A stretch of DNA of 64,000 nucleotides from Rhodosorus marinus CCMP1338 (taxonomy: Eukaryota > Plantae > Rhodophyta). The translations under genes were made by a program, and so were the position numbers. Below, in pieces: positions 34,111 through 46,975 of the stretch (position 1 is its first letter; the number at the start of each line of letters is the position of its first letter). The stretch covers positions 1,984,001 to 2,048,000 of the forward strand of contig JAMWBK010000001.1 of NCBI GenBank assembly GCA_029953675.1, written 5' to 3'. The notes under the pieces are model-generated. The model did no database searches. It was not told where the DNA came from and worked only from the letters and a program-made list of their open reading frames with translations.

Positions 34111-35377
34111 ACTCGGAGGCTTTTTTTTTGAAGAATTTCAATCAGATACAACTTAAAATTCTACATTTATTCAACAATCCATCCCCGAAATATGTCGGAC
34201 GGGGTATACTTTACCTAAATTAAACACATACGTTCTAAAACTAAGAAAGTTAGGTATCAAGCAACCTCAAACTACCCCAATCCCAAAAAATGGATATACT
34301 TCGATAAATTATGTAACAACTACCAAATCAGTAAACATTTATAAAATAAAAAATGATTTTGCTTGAACTTAAGAAATATATAAGTCTTAATTTAAGACTA
34401 CTCCGTATATTGAGTGATCGTTGGCGGCAAAACGCCTTCGAGAGAAAGCGAATTAGAAATCGATTGGAAGGGGTGTGGTTTGGTTTGGGTCGGGAAAGGG
34501 ATGGACAGCCTGGAGACCTCGTGTTTCTTCAGATGGGTTCTCACGTGAGAAACAGACGAAACTATGATCAGATAAACAAGAAGAGAAGAAAAAGAACGCA
34601 AGACTGAGCAACGAAAAAAAAGAAAGAGGAGGTAGAGAAACAGAAAAGGGCCCATCAGGGCTTGATTTGTTGTTGTTTCGGATACTGGGAAAAGGAGGGG
34701 TTTCTGGTTGAGACTGTTCTGACGAGGAAGATGGCGACGTAGTTTTAGTTCTTTCTTTGAGGAAACGCTGACAGTGCTTGTTCAATCCTTTCGAGTGTTA
34801 GATAAGGTGCTTCAGATTCAGAGCTAAGCTTAAGCCGAAGCTTCTTTGGTTTTTTATACGACGGCTTCGTGCGTTGTGAGTACTTTTAGAAGAGGTGGAT
34901 TTTAAGAGTTGGGCAGGGTGCATGGGAAGGGAAGGGTTGGGAAGAAGGAGAAGATCTTTTCTGTTTTGGTGCTAGGGAAGGTTTTGTTGTAGACAGTATC
35001 TTCTTATCGGATTCTTTTTCTGGTGGTCTCAAAGAGGTTAATTTGATACAAGAGGGTTTGGTGTTTTGGAGGATTCGGTTTCGGGGGGTCGGGAGGAAGA
35101 CGCTTGACGGCGATGAGTTGTTAGGTATGGATTGGACGAGGAGGTGGGAGAAAGCGAGGAGGGAAGACTAGTGAGTTTCAGAGGTTTGGGGGGGTTTTGT
35201 GAGGTTGTTTTTTTTGTTTGCTGGGTTGGGGGAAGTTGGTTTCTGTTTTGTGAATTTCCGTGTTTGTTTTGATGGAGGGGAAGGCTCATGGTCAATTCCT
35301 GTAAAGGTTTTTGAACGTTTTGAGTCTGGGAGTGCGAGCAATAGTTTTCTGATACTTGTGCGAACGATTTAGGAAGC

Positions 35378-37270
35378 ATGAACGCGCAAGGGGACGCTCA
35401 GCCCGGGTTTATTGAGGGAAGTGCGCTTGCGCGGTTCGATATTGGCCGATGGAAGGAGGTCCTCGATCAGCTGAAAGCGAACTACGAAGCTGCAACTCAA
35501 GAATATGGTGGCTATGGAACTGTGGCGGAGCAGTATCAGGCCAAAATCGATGCTCAGCGAGCTGAAATGAACAACATGGAAATGGCAGTGAGCAGCCTTC
35601 AGAGGAAGCTGATCAATGCGCAGGAGAACTATGAGACTGAGCTTGGGAGGCTGAGGGACAAGCTGATAAAAGCCGGCGGTGATCCTGGAGCTCAACCGGC
35701 ATCGATCCTGCAGATAGCAGGACTTCCGCGTGCGGAAAAACAAGGCACAGAGACTGGAATGGTACCCGGAAGCCTGCCAGCTCTTGCGGCAAACTTTCCC
35801 GAGACACAAGGTTCTCTAGTGGAACCGCCCCTGAAGAAGCTTCGTGATGACGGCCTCGGTGGTGGAATTGATGTTGCTGGGGACAAGAAACCATCGCTTG
35901 TGAGGGGAGGAACATTACCGAGCGTCACCGCCACAACCGACCATTCGAACGCCGCAGCACCGCTTTCACTGCCCAGTCTAACCGGACTGGGCAATGCGAG
36001 GCTGATGGTTTCCTCACAAGTTCAGAAGGAACCTAAGACGTCCGCAACTGAGAGCGCTACGATTATTGAGTCAGCTCCGAAGCCGGTGCCCAGGTCCTAT
36101 AACTCGGCTGCGACGAGCTCTCCCGAGAACGACTACACTGTCGTCCATGGGAAGGAATTAACTGGAAACCAAGTGAACGTCGTACTACTGAACACGTTTC
36201 ATCACAAAGAAGTTGTTTGCTGCGTTCGGTACAGCTGGGACGGGGAGTACGTCGCCACAGGGTCAAACAGGCACGCGTACATGTTCAATGCGAGCACGGG
36301 GAAGACTTACGCTAGCTTCTCCCGAGGAGATGGGGATGACTCAGGGGACACCTATGTTCGCGCGATGTGCTTCTCACCCGACGGTAACTCGCTGATCACT
36401 GGCTCTGAGGATAAGCTCGTGAAAATCTGGGACATCAGGAAACGATCTGTGAAGCGCAAACTTGCAGGGCACGACGGAGATATCTATGCTGTGGAGTCGA
36501 CGAGGGATGGGACGATCATCGTCAGCGGCAGTGCAGATAAAACTGCAAAGATTTGGGACGCTAGAAGCGGAAAGATCCTGCACACTCTGGGGGGTGCTGA
36601 GAACGACGTCTTGGATGGGATAACCTCCATTTCCATCTCGAACAACGGAAAATATGTCGCTGCTGGTTCCTTGGATAAAACCGTTCGTGTCTGGGATGTG
36701 GAAACTGCACAGCTGCTGTGTGCCTATTCGGGTCACACGGACGCCGTGTACTCGGTTGCCTTCTCACCGGATTGCAGATCGTTGCTTTCCGGTAAGTTTG
36801 AAGAACTAATCTTGCTTGAACGGGTCGCGCGTGCTGAATGCTCGCTTTGGAAGGTCTCCGATTTCGCTGATTTCCACGATTTCTGTTTCTCTTTTACGTT
36901 CAAGGCTCTTCGGATAAGACTCTTCGGTTGTGGGACCTGTCCAACTCCAACGAACCCAAACTCACGTTCGCGGGTCACAAGGACTTTGTTCTGTCGGTCG
37001 CGTTCAGTCCAAATGGTACGTGTCATCCTGGCCTTAAAAATAGAGAAAGAACGAACCCTAAAGCTGTGTTCGGCAACTCCAGGTCGTTTGGTGCTCAGTG
37101 GAAGTAAGGATCGTACAGTCCAATTTTGGGAACCGAGAAATGCAAGGACATCCCTCATTCTGCAAGGGCATAAGAATTCAGTGATCAGCATTGCTCACTC
37201 ACCGACGAACAAGATGGTAGCCACTGGATCAGGAGACAACAGGGCCAGAACTTGGGCCTATACCAATTGA
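35378..37270 (+). CDS. TUP1: TUP1-like transcriptional corepressor (N-terminal Tup_N-like coiled coil plus seven WD40 repeats); two introns
   Basis: RWKEVLDQLKANYE...YQAKIDAQRAEM...YETELGRLR helix; WD40 motifs VVCCVRYSWDGEYVATGSNR, DTYVRAMCFSPDG, GHKDFVLSVAFSPNG and ILQGHKNSVISIA. Introns 36792-36904 and 37016-37082. Confidence 0.88.
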   Translation: MNAQGDAQPGFIEGSALARFDIGRWKEVLDQLKANYEAATQEYGGYGTVAEQYQAKIDAQRAEMNNMEMAVSSLQRKLINAQENYETELGRLRDKLIKAGGDPGAQPASILQIAGLPRAEKQGTETGMVPGSLPALAANFPETQGSLVEPPLKKLRDDGLGGGIDVAGDKKPSLVRGGTLPSVTATTDHSNAAAPLSLPSLTGLGNARLMVSSQVQKEPKTSATESATIIESAPKPVPRSYNSAATSSPENDYTVVHGKELTGNQVNVVLLNTFHHKEVVCCVRYSWDGEYVATGSNRHAYMFNASTGKTYASFSRGDGDDSGDTYVRAMCFSPDGNSLITGSEDKLVKIWDIRKRSVKRKLAGHDGDIYAVESTRDGTIIVSGSADKTAKIWDARSGKILHTLGGAENDVLDGITSISISNNGKYVAAGSLDKTVRVWDVETAQLLCAYSGHTDAVYSVAFSPDCRSLLSGKFEELILLERVARAECSLWKVSDFADFHDFCFSFTFKALRIRLFGCGTCPTPTNPNSRSRVTRTLFCRSRSVQMVRVILALKIEKERTLKLCSATPGRLVLSGSKDRTVQFWEPRNARTSLILQGHKNSVISIAHSPTNKMVATGSGDNRARTWAYTN

Positions 37271-38677
37271 TTCGGGTAGAGCTAGGTCCACATGAAAGTT
37301 TTGATTTTGTTTCGCGCTTGGAGGGCATCTGCTTTTGGCTTGTATCTTTTGACGACGGAGAGGGGTCTGTCAATCGAGCGTGCGCTAGCCGTGAAGATCC
37401 AGACTCAGCACGGCGTGATTTACACCACGATCATGGATGGCATGACCGCTGATTTACGAGCTGCCTAAGGTACCGTAGAGACGGGGTGGCCGAGGAACAT
37501 AGGGCTCTCAGTAGACATTCATGTTTGCTCTACTATACAAGATACAACAGGCCGTCGCTGCCCAACGAATGGCTTGAAGAGGTTGCTGTCGAGACGGCTC
37601 GGTTCCCGGAATGTGTCCAGAGTACTGGAGGTTTAATCCGGAGCCAAAAAAAGGAAGGAAGAAACTAACGACAGTGGAGAGGTATGGTCGTCGCTTTTTT
37701 TTTTTTGGTTCAAAAGTAAATAGATCTATTCTCTCCGAAGGAAGCGAGGTGTGGTTGTCATTCAAGCCCCGTACCTGGACGTCGAATGCAAAGGCTATGG
37801 CAGTTCTGGCGAGCGCGATTTCCAGGTGGAGGTGTCCTGACCCAATAGCCGTTCACCAGGCTGTTCTACTTGCAACTCAAATACTGCACAGTGAACACTG
37901 TACAGCAGTTGAGCTGAGACATCCTGGAACAGATCCTATTTTAGAACGAAAAAAAGTGCACTTGTATAATACGCAAGACCCGGAGTCTTCACCAGGACTT
38001 TACTTTTGGGCCTTCCGCGATGTTGTTGTAGGTATCTTTCGCTATCCAAAGGCGGCATCCACTCCACAGCCCTACGCCGCTCAGAGAACAAACCAGTCAG
38101 AAGCGAGGGATACGAAACGTCGCACTCTGTGTAAACGCGATCAGTCAAAACAATCCAAAGTGGGGAGGGGTGAACAAAAACAACCACCAAAGCTGATTCC
38201 AAATTACAGTATGGCACCTCCTGTTTTTACAACGATATAGGGACAAAACCCTCTGCCCCTCCATGTCCAGTTGCTCATCTCCATCTACCCACCCAAACCC
38301 AACCCTCTGAAGACATTGTCCTACACGAAAAGCCAACCCAACTAGTGGAATCTGATATTAAACCAGATTCCATTAAAATACCTGAATAGACCATTTCAAT
38401 CTAAAATCGAATGGTATCGAATTTTGTTGTCAAATTCAAGGGTTTTGGGATAGGATAGCAATAGTTATCGACCGGTGGGGATGTGGATGAAGACGATCGG
38501 CACCGGAAGAGGAAGCGAGTTGGGATCCGATGGGTGTTTGTTGTTGGTAAAGCAGAGCTTCTCGATACAGACGTTTTAATGACTTGGAATCACCAGTCTT
38601 GCTTGTGAAAAACAAGAAAGATTTTGGGGTCCTTTTTTTTTGGGGGGGGGAGAGAGGAAGGGAGGGTTTTGGCTTCG

Positions 38678-41341
38678 ATGATCAGAACATGTCTTGGAGT
38701 ACTAAGAAGACCGCATGCTCGTGGTTTTTCTGGTGCGCAATTGGCACCGAGCAGCGCTGGAGGTATCTTCTTTGCGTTTGGTTGCCCTCTCTCCCTGTGC
38801 TTCTTTGCTGAAGATCGAGCGTGCTGTTTTTCTTATTCCTTTCTTGTTGTGGTTTAGCAGTTCAGCCAACGAGAGGAGTCCATGCTCTTCATACGGAGCG
38901 GCCGAGCGAAAACAGCGATTCCGGCTATGAGGCCGAACTCAAGCTGCGAGATTTGTTAATGGGAGGAAAGATCCGAGATGCCATGCAGTCCTACATGCTT
39001 TCCAAAACCTATGGCAATTATCCCAGTCCGGGAACTTACAAGGCCATCGTATCCGGATCACTTGCAGCCGGTTTCTCAGACTTTGCGATCGAAACCATTC
39101 ATGACATGTATCTCATCGGACAGAAACCTCCATTTGAGGTTCGCCGTATCGTCAGTCCATCTCTCAAACGAGGTCAAAACAATAGCTCATCAAACATCGT
39201 CGCCCCAATCTACAGGTTCTGAAGCTCATAACGCTTAACATTGAAGCGAAAACGCTGGCATCAGGCGTTATGAAAATCTTACGGACGAAGGAGATCAAGG
39301 ATCTTGCTGGAGCTAAAACAGCTGTTCATCCGGATTTCTTCAACGACACCCTTAGCCTGCTGGTTCACCGGTCGAAGATCACCCCGGGCATCCTCGGCGA
39401 GCTCCTTGGAGAAATGGAACGAAACAAAGTAGACTTGTACATGGCGAGCATGACCAGAGTCGCTCAGTTCTTCGCAATAAGCCATGATAGATTCGCGTTG
39501 AAGAAGTTCGTGGAGGACCTCCCCAGGCGATCAACGGTGCTACCGCCTCAAACCATCACGACCGCCTTGAAAGGGCTCGCGGTGTCTGGTTTTGCTCCGG
39601 AGACTGTCCAGCTGCTCAAGCTTTGGGATAGCAACAACGAACGGATCCTTCAACTGATGAAGCTCGAGGCTCCAGACGAAGATCAAGCATTGATCCTTGA
39701 GGAATTTAAGCAAACCACTGACTTGGGTATGACCAAAACTCCCCAGATCACGAACAAGAGACAAGAAGGTATCAAAAGTTGACCTAGCCCTTTACGCGTG
39801 TGCCTTCTTCCTCCGCCTCATGCTTGCTAGACCTAAACTCGATGGAGAAACTGACTCTCGACCTGGGGACTCTGCACGAGGGTATTCACTCATCGAGCAG
39901 GTACCATCGTGAGGATCTGACGATGATGTTCTGGAGGCTACTCGAGAAGAGCTTTCCGGTAAGGGTTTTCTGCAACAGATCTATGCTTTTTGATCTCGCT
40001 ACCCGTTCAGCCTCGTAGAGAGAGGCGGCGACGCTGTCCACCGACGCGCTTCTGGATGCGACATAACTCAGAATGAATCTAAATCCTCCACATCCCGGGC
40101 TTTCTCGTTTGCTTTGTCTCACTTAAGATGAACGTTACAACAGCCCCGATTGATATATTTATTGCAGTGGCGTACGTGAAGGCAGCACAAGGGAAGATCG
40201 GTGAGGCGTTTCAATGGTTGCGCAAGTTGGAGGCTTGTGGGCACAAACCTGAACTGAGGTGAGTCCGCTGCTCGCTCCCGTACCGGTTTGTCGCCGCTCA
40301 GTATTGAACCGTCCCATATGCGATTCCCCCAGAGATCTCCGGCAGATTGTCTCGATACTATCACTGAAGAACACTAGGAAGCAGATCGAGAAGCCGCTGA
40401 TCTCACGAGTTCAGAGCCTCTTGGACCTAAACCTGGTGATGGCAGGTAATGTAGTCGTTCCCAACCAAGTCCAAGGAGGTTCCTCATGCCGTCAGCATAG
40501 TTGAACGAATCCAGTTTCTGAAAGGAGGATGGCTCGATTCCTGTCCGTGTTTTTGTCGGATCGTGTCTTCTTTGGGAAACTTCAGTTCTTGTTCGAAGTG
40601 GACATGCAAGTAGAGCGATTGAGTTGTACGATGAGGTGGTTACTCGTAGACAAATGGTCAAACCGAACGTGGAAACGATGGACACCATGCTTCTCACTTC
40701 CTTGACTTCCAAAGGAACTCGCAGTGCGTTCAGTTTGTGTCAGTTGGTTGTCACGGTGAGTTTGGAAGCAAGTTGAACTCCTCTCGTTGAGTGACATTTG
40801 AAAGGTTCTAAAGCTCCGCTTTCTGTCGCTGTTGTCATTTCTGTCTTGAAGGACATGGAGATGTACGATCTGCTACCACAGACAGAGACTCTGAGGCTAC
40901 TCTGTCTCAATCTAGTGAAACTCAGGCGAGTATCACAGGCGTTGAACATTCTCGAGAAGGCGTCGGAATTGGGACGGCCCATAGGAACATGGAGCGTTTT
41001 GTACGTAGGTCGAGCTGCATTCTTCGAGAAGGACACCGGTATGATACAGCGAGTGGAGCACCTGATGGCCAAGCTTAGGTGAGCAGCAGATCCGACGAAC
41101 CCTGAGGAATGGACAGTATCATGGCCTTGGATCTGAAAAGGATATCTTTTGGATGTGTTTTTCGCACAGGATGCCGGCTTCGGAGGTTTATTACTCAATG
41201 CCGGAAGACTCCAGCATATCAGGAGCGGCAGCTAAGCGCACAGAGAAGAGCACTTCCAAGGGAAACGAGAATGAAGGGGAAAAAGACGGGTCAAAGAAGA
41301 CAACGTCCGGTGCAAGTCAGCGTTCACCCCACGATGTGTAG
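38678..41341 (+). CDS. Pentatricopeptide-repeat (PPR)-like protein, probably mitochondrial, multi-exon
   Basis: Presequence-like MIRTCLGVLRRPHARGFS; PPR-like helices PSPGTYKAIVSGSLAAGFSDFAIETIHDMYLIGQKP, AYVKAAQGKIGEAFQWLRKLEACGHKP and VKPNVETMDTML. Exon boundaries only partly resolved. Confidence 0.65.
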
Positions 41342-42723
41342 AAAACCCATAACTTGTTTCAGCGAAGCGGTAGACCATCCTAACTGGCAGGAGCTTATTA
41401 AAACTGACAACTAACAGTAATGAAGACGACCAAAGGAACCAACGAGCAGCCGACGTACGTCTTCTCTGCAGGGGAACATCGATGAGATCTTGCCAACACA
41501 CCCAGTGGGAAGATGGATTCTGCAGGTTGTTTTGGGCAACGATCTTCGACATCTCCAGGTCATGACTCGCGTCCGTTCTCAGCCCGCTCTAGGTCACTCC
41601 TTTGCACAGGTGAGAAGGAGAGAAGAGATATACTTGAACAAGGAAAGATGGATGAGTGCTTTTTTAGATGGACCGAAGCTATGCAAACAGTCGATCGTGA
41701 GAACCCGCTGACACTAATTTGACCAATCATTAGCTTCTAAGCCGCTTAGTGCCAATTGAAGTTATGAATTATTTCCGCGACAGATTTAACGCAGATTAAT
41801 TGGTTGAAACCCTAGCTATGGAGCCAATAATGTAAGTAAAAAAAGGCGAAAACAGATATTTACAAATTTGAACACTTTATGGAATATTCTTCCAATCAAT
41901 TCGATGAAAAAATGTATAGTGGAACATATATCCAATAAACATCAGGATTTCATAAGAAGAAGTATATTACTGGTTTAAAAAAGACATTATAGTGAATCAA
42001 ATACAATGTTTTGATAGGAATACTCAATTTCAATAATTAAATTGCCTAATTCGTTTTAAAGGCAGGGTAAATATCCAATATAATGTTAATAATAATGTAG
42101 TCCTAAGTGACTGGAACCTATTTGTAATGGAATGTAAAATAAAAATAAAATAAATTGTACTTTATAGGGTATTGCACATTTTGCATCGGACAAGTCGCGA
42201 TGAGGGTTCCTTTGACTTTGCATTGCGAGTCTGGTTGAGAACTGAGTCTTGGGAGTTGCTTTGATCTTAGGATTTGTACTTTAGTGACCTGATAACTACT
42301 CCTATTGATGTATATATTGAGAGAGTAAATAGAAAGGCACCCTGTACTGCTTACCCTTAACCCCCCGGGCGGCGGGTTTCGGATTTCTGGGCAACGGTCG
42401 TGGACGAAACTACGCCGTTGACACTGAGAGCTGCAATCATCTCGAAGAAGGTATCGATCCTCAGCCTTGGATAGATAAACTATAAAAACGATTCAGATAC
42501 CGATTGATTGCATGATCAAAGCAATAGCCCAGCTGAGCACGGCAGTGGCCGAATGTACCTCATGGTTTACTGATTTGGGATTTCAGATTTGCTTAGAGCG
42601 AGCGTCGACATTTGTACTGAGAAACTGTATCGCGGGGCGGGAGCGTTTATGAACGTCGTATTCAGAGACTTTGACGAACGTAGTCGTATCGGTTTGTTTT
42701 CTGGAGCAACGAACCGAGACCCT

Positions 42724-44479
42724 ATGGATCTTGGTTTCTTATTGAGTCCTCCACAGGTTGGAGAGAAGCGACTGCACAGGGTCTGTGCGAAAGCTGAGGC
42801 TGGAACCGCTGGGCAAGAGCGGTATGCGGCGAGAGGTGTTTCTGCATCGAAGGAGGACGTTCATGCGGCGATCTCGAAGATAGATAAGGGACTTTTCCCA
42901 CTTGCATTTTGTAAGATAGTACCTGATTATATTGGTAAGGGCGACGGTGCTCTCTTTGTCCGTCGCACTTTGGAGCTATGGCTCTGTGGCTGAGCTTCGC
43001 TTTGTGATATGAAAATACTAGGAGGAGACGATCAGTATTGTAATATTATGCACGCGGATGGAGCTGGAACAAAGTCTTCCCTAGCTTACATCTACTGGCG
43101 TGAAACTGGAGATCTATCAGTCTGGAAAGGCATTGCACAGGATGCGATTGTTATGAACCTTGATGACCTTCTGTGCGTCGGAGCAGTCGACAATATTCTT
43201 CTCTCATCGACGATTGGGAGGAACAAGAGCCTTGTACCCGGCGAGGTGATCTCAACAATCATAAATGGGACAGAGGAAATCCTGGAGGACTTAAGAAAAC
43301 ACGGGGTCAACATCATCTCTACGGGAGGCGAAACTGCGGATCTCGGAGATCTGGTCCGCACGGTTGTCGTTGATAGTACAGTCACCTGTAGATTGAAAAG
43401 ATCAGAGGTGTGTCGACGAGATTCGTCGCAACCACATTCAAAGAAAAGTTGATTCTGAACGGCTCTTCCTGGAAAAAAAAAATATGCAAAGGTGATCAGC
43501 AACGATCGAATACGAGCTGGAAACGTTATTGTCGGGTTATCATCATATGGACAAGCGAGCTATGAACGCGAGTATAACGGCGGAATGGGTTCCAATGGCT
43601 TGACATCTGCCAGACATGATGTCTTCAGCAAAACCTACGCAGAGAAATATCCAGAATCTTTTGATAGTGCAATTCCACAGGACTATGTTTATACAGGAAG
43701 GCAAGTTCAGCTGCTTTTATCTGCTCTGTGGAAACGAGTAGATTGTCGCCTTTCTTCCCCCTTGCCGCCCTAGAGCTCCGCTCCCGGTTATCTTACTGAC
43801 GCGTAACATCATCTTGAACAGATTCTCTCTGACGGAGAAGAATGCAGAGACAGGTATGGACATGGGAAAATTGGTGCTGTCCCCAACGAGAACGTACGCT
43901 CCGATCATCAAGCAAGTTCTGCTCGAGATGAGAGGTAAGGACGCAGAAGGAACTTCGCGACGATGAACACCAGAAAAAAAGGTGCCTAAGGAAAACTTTC
44001 TTCGGTCCTGCTGCCCACCCAAGATGATATCTGCGGTATGGTCCACTGCTCTGGAGGGGCGCAGACAAAAGTACTCAGTTTTCTGGGTTCCGGTCAACGG
44101 GTTATCAAGGACAACTTGTTCACTGTCCCACCACTGTTTGAGACTATTCGCGACCAGAGCGAGACCCCATGGGAAGAAATGTACAAAGTTTTCAATATGG
44201 GCCACAGAATGGAGCTGTATATGGACGAAAGGTATTTCAAAAGCGTTCGCTTCGAAAACGTTTCCCAAAGAGTTTTGCTAGATTCCTGAAACCCTAAATT
44301 GTCTCCTTTCCTGGACTGACCGAAAACCGTTTAGAAACGCAAACAAGGTGATTGATATCGCGAGAGGGCTCGGCGTGGACGCCCAAGTAATCGGTCGCGT
44401 GCAGGAGTCCGAGGCCAACTCTTCAAGTGTTGTTTTACAGACGGTGAATGGAGAATTTACGTACTCAAAATCATGGTGA
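42724..44479 (+). CDS. purM: AIR synthase (phosphoribosylformylglycinamidine cyclo-ligase), Bacteroidetes-type, with a plastid transit peptide and 5 introns; an alternative ATG lies at 42649
   Basis: [18 protein letters not shown]...[16 protein letters not shown]; [21 protein letters not shown]; TGGETAD; [13 protein letters not shown]; LSPTRTYAP; [12 protein letters not shown]; [13 protein letters not shown]. Confidence 0.95.
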
Positions 44480-44769
44480 ACAGTTTGTCGGTCTCAACAG
44501 CCAGTTGGCGCTGCTAGCAATCAAACATAGGCGGATGCAAAAGCGCACCTATTTTCGTAACCCCATGGCGTGGACAGTGCTTTCCTGTATCCTTGGAATG
44601 GTTTAGTGACATCGGCTCTTGCTCTTTGAGAGATCCGATTCGAAATGCCTGTTGAATAGTGTTAGATTTATAAGTTGAAGTACATCTCTCTTTTCGATGT
44701 TGATGAGGAGGACAACATCCTCATAACTTCTCAAAAGCACCAGCTCGTATGCAGAAAGGAAGAAGGTTT

Positions 44770-46975
44770 TCAGCTAAACGCCTCATCCGCCAGGTCTATG
44801 GACCTACTCAATGCCATGGCTTTGTTCACAGTCTCAAAATACTCCGCTTCCGGATCTGAGTCAGCCACAATGCCAGCACCCGCTTGGATGTAATACTTCC
44901 AGTCATCATCGGCGCTTCGATTGGAGCTTGGTATGATCATCGTCCTGAGAGCAAGAGCGATGTTCATGTCGTCGTAGAACGAAACAACGCCTATACCTCC
45001 TCCATACGGACCTCTCCGGTTTAGCTCCTATCGTGATTGTTGTGAACAAGAACGGGCAGTTTCAGTTTAAACCAAAAATAAGACTTTCTGGACGTTGTGA
45101 ACGCGTACAAGTTCATCAATGATCTGCATGGCACGGATTTTCGGCGCGCCACTGACTGTGCCCGCAGGCAGCGCCGCTCGGAGTGCATCAAATGAGCTAA
45201 GCCCATCCTTGAGTTCTCCAACGACTGTGGAGCTGAGATGCATCACATGGCTGTATCTCTCCACTACCATAAGCTCCACCGGTTTCACACTGCCATATTT
45301 CGCAACGCGGCCAACATCATTACGACCAAGATCGACAAGCATTCGGTGCTCGGCAAGCTCTTTCTCGTCTTGCAGTAGATTTTGTTCAAGCGCTTTGTCC
45401 TCCTCAACGGAAGATCCTCGTCTCCTGGTTCCCGCGAGAGGTCTATTGGTCACCACGTTGTCCTCAACTCGACATAGTATCTCGGGGGAAGAAGCGACAA
45501 GAACACTGCCCTTGCACTGCAGAGAACGACGGCATGAGATTCCGAGGGGTCAGTTGAGCCGGTCTCAAAGTTCTGTTGGCCACAAGACGTTCTAACCTGC
45601 ATATAAATCATATACGGGGACGGGTTTACAATCCGCATCGCCCGGTAAACGGAAAATGGGTGGCTTTTGGAATTTCGCTCGAAGCGCTGGCTGTAGACAA
45701 TCTGGAACGCGTCCCCTTCCAAGATATAGTGTTTGCAATCCAGTACGGCCTTTTCATACTGCTCCTTCGTCATGTTTGAAACAGGAGCCGCAGTGGTTGA
45801 CGCTGCTCCAAGAATATCAATATCTACCACCCCGACTTCCAGTGGAGAACGGCACTTTCCGAACTTCACTATATCAACGAGCTCATTTAACTTATTCATC
45901 GCCTTCTCGTGAGCAGCTTCAATGGTGCTGTTTTCACGGAGGTCGACCCAAGAAATCACGTAGCAAATCTGTGGACGGAAGCGAGCCGAGAACCTCAGGA
46001 CTTCGCTGCAAAAACTTCGCGCTGGCGCTTTTGTCTCTTGCCCACCTTGTTGATAATATCGAATGTCACGCACTGTTGAAAAATGCTCATATGCAGGTCG
46101 GGCAAGCCACGATCGTCAGCAGGTCCGCTCGAAAAAGGCAGACTTCCAGCTTCGACATAACGAGCGGTATCATAGCCTCCATATCCCACCCAGCCCCCAC
46201 TAAACGCTTGGGGTAACCCTCCAACCTGGTTGAAAACAAACCTTGTCGCATTTAGGGATACTCGAATGACCTCTGCCTGCGTGTACTGGAAAGACTATCC
46301 TCGAACCCCCTATGGATCCGAAGTCAGGGAGTTCCCCCCATGTCCCGTACGTACGGTGGCGCATGCCCGCTTGGAAACCCAAACTGCACTAGGAAGCCCA
46401 ATGACTCTGGCAGACCCTACGGATCCCATGCTTACCTTGGCTGGTTTCAAGTCGTTGCTTATCTCTTTTACTAGAGCCCATGGGTCTTCGCTCTCGTTCT
46501 TTGTTTCCTTCAGTTTCCCACTTCTCGAATCTAGAACTGTGACCTCCCTCTCCTTTGCAATTATTTCCAGCACAGGATCTGCGCCAACAAAACTATACCT
46601 CCCTACATTCCCGTCCGTAGTGACAGACTCCAACACATACGAAGTTTTCTCCACATCATCCTCGCCGACAAGTCTTCGATATAGTGCCACTGCAGTAAGT
46701 TGATCTGAGAATACCTTCCTCCAGACAGGCACCAAATTGACGCCAGGTTCAGAATTACACCTGTTTTCAAACTCGCTCAAAGAAGTGCCCTCGCCATCCC
46801 TGTTTGAAGTAGGAATCGTCGGCACAGGAGACACAACACTAGCTCGAACAACTCTTCTTCTAGATCCGCCCTTCGAATGCCCTTGACTACGACTACATAC
46901 GGCCCTCTCATTCCACACAAGCCGTACGGTGGAGGTACCAAACGAGGCCCCGCTTGTGAAGCAGAGTCCGTCCAT
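44770..46975 (-). CDS. trpE: Anthranilate synthase component I (alpha subunit), plastid-targeted, multi-exon
   Basis: LESV...[11 protein letters not shown]; [12 protein letters not shown]; [12 protein letters not shown]; NPSPYMIY; SSPEIL; [10 protein letters not shown]; [13 protein letters not shown]; [15 protein letters not shown]; RGPYGGGIG; [23 protein letters not shown]. Confidence 0.97.

Noticed and set aside
37611-38240. 209-aa plus-strand ORF downstream of TUP1
   Set aside because: Crosses poly-T and poly-A tracts and has no motif. The skew and splice signals suggest it may shadow an unresolved minus-strand gene, which I could not assemble.
44479-44770. Tail-to-tail purM and trpE as a metabolic gene cluster
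   Set aside because: Two neighbours in a compact genome, from different pathways; no evidence of co-regulation.
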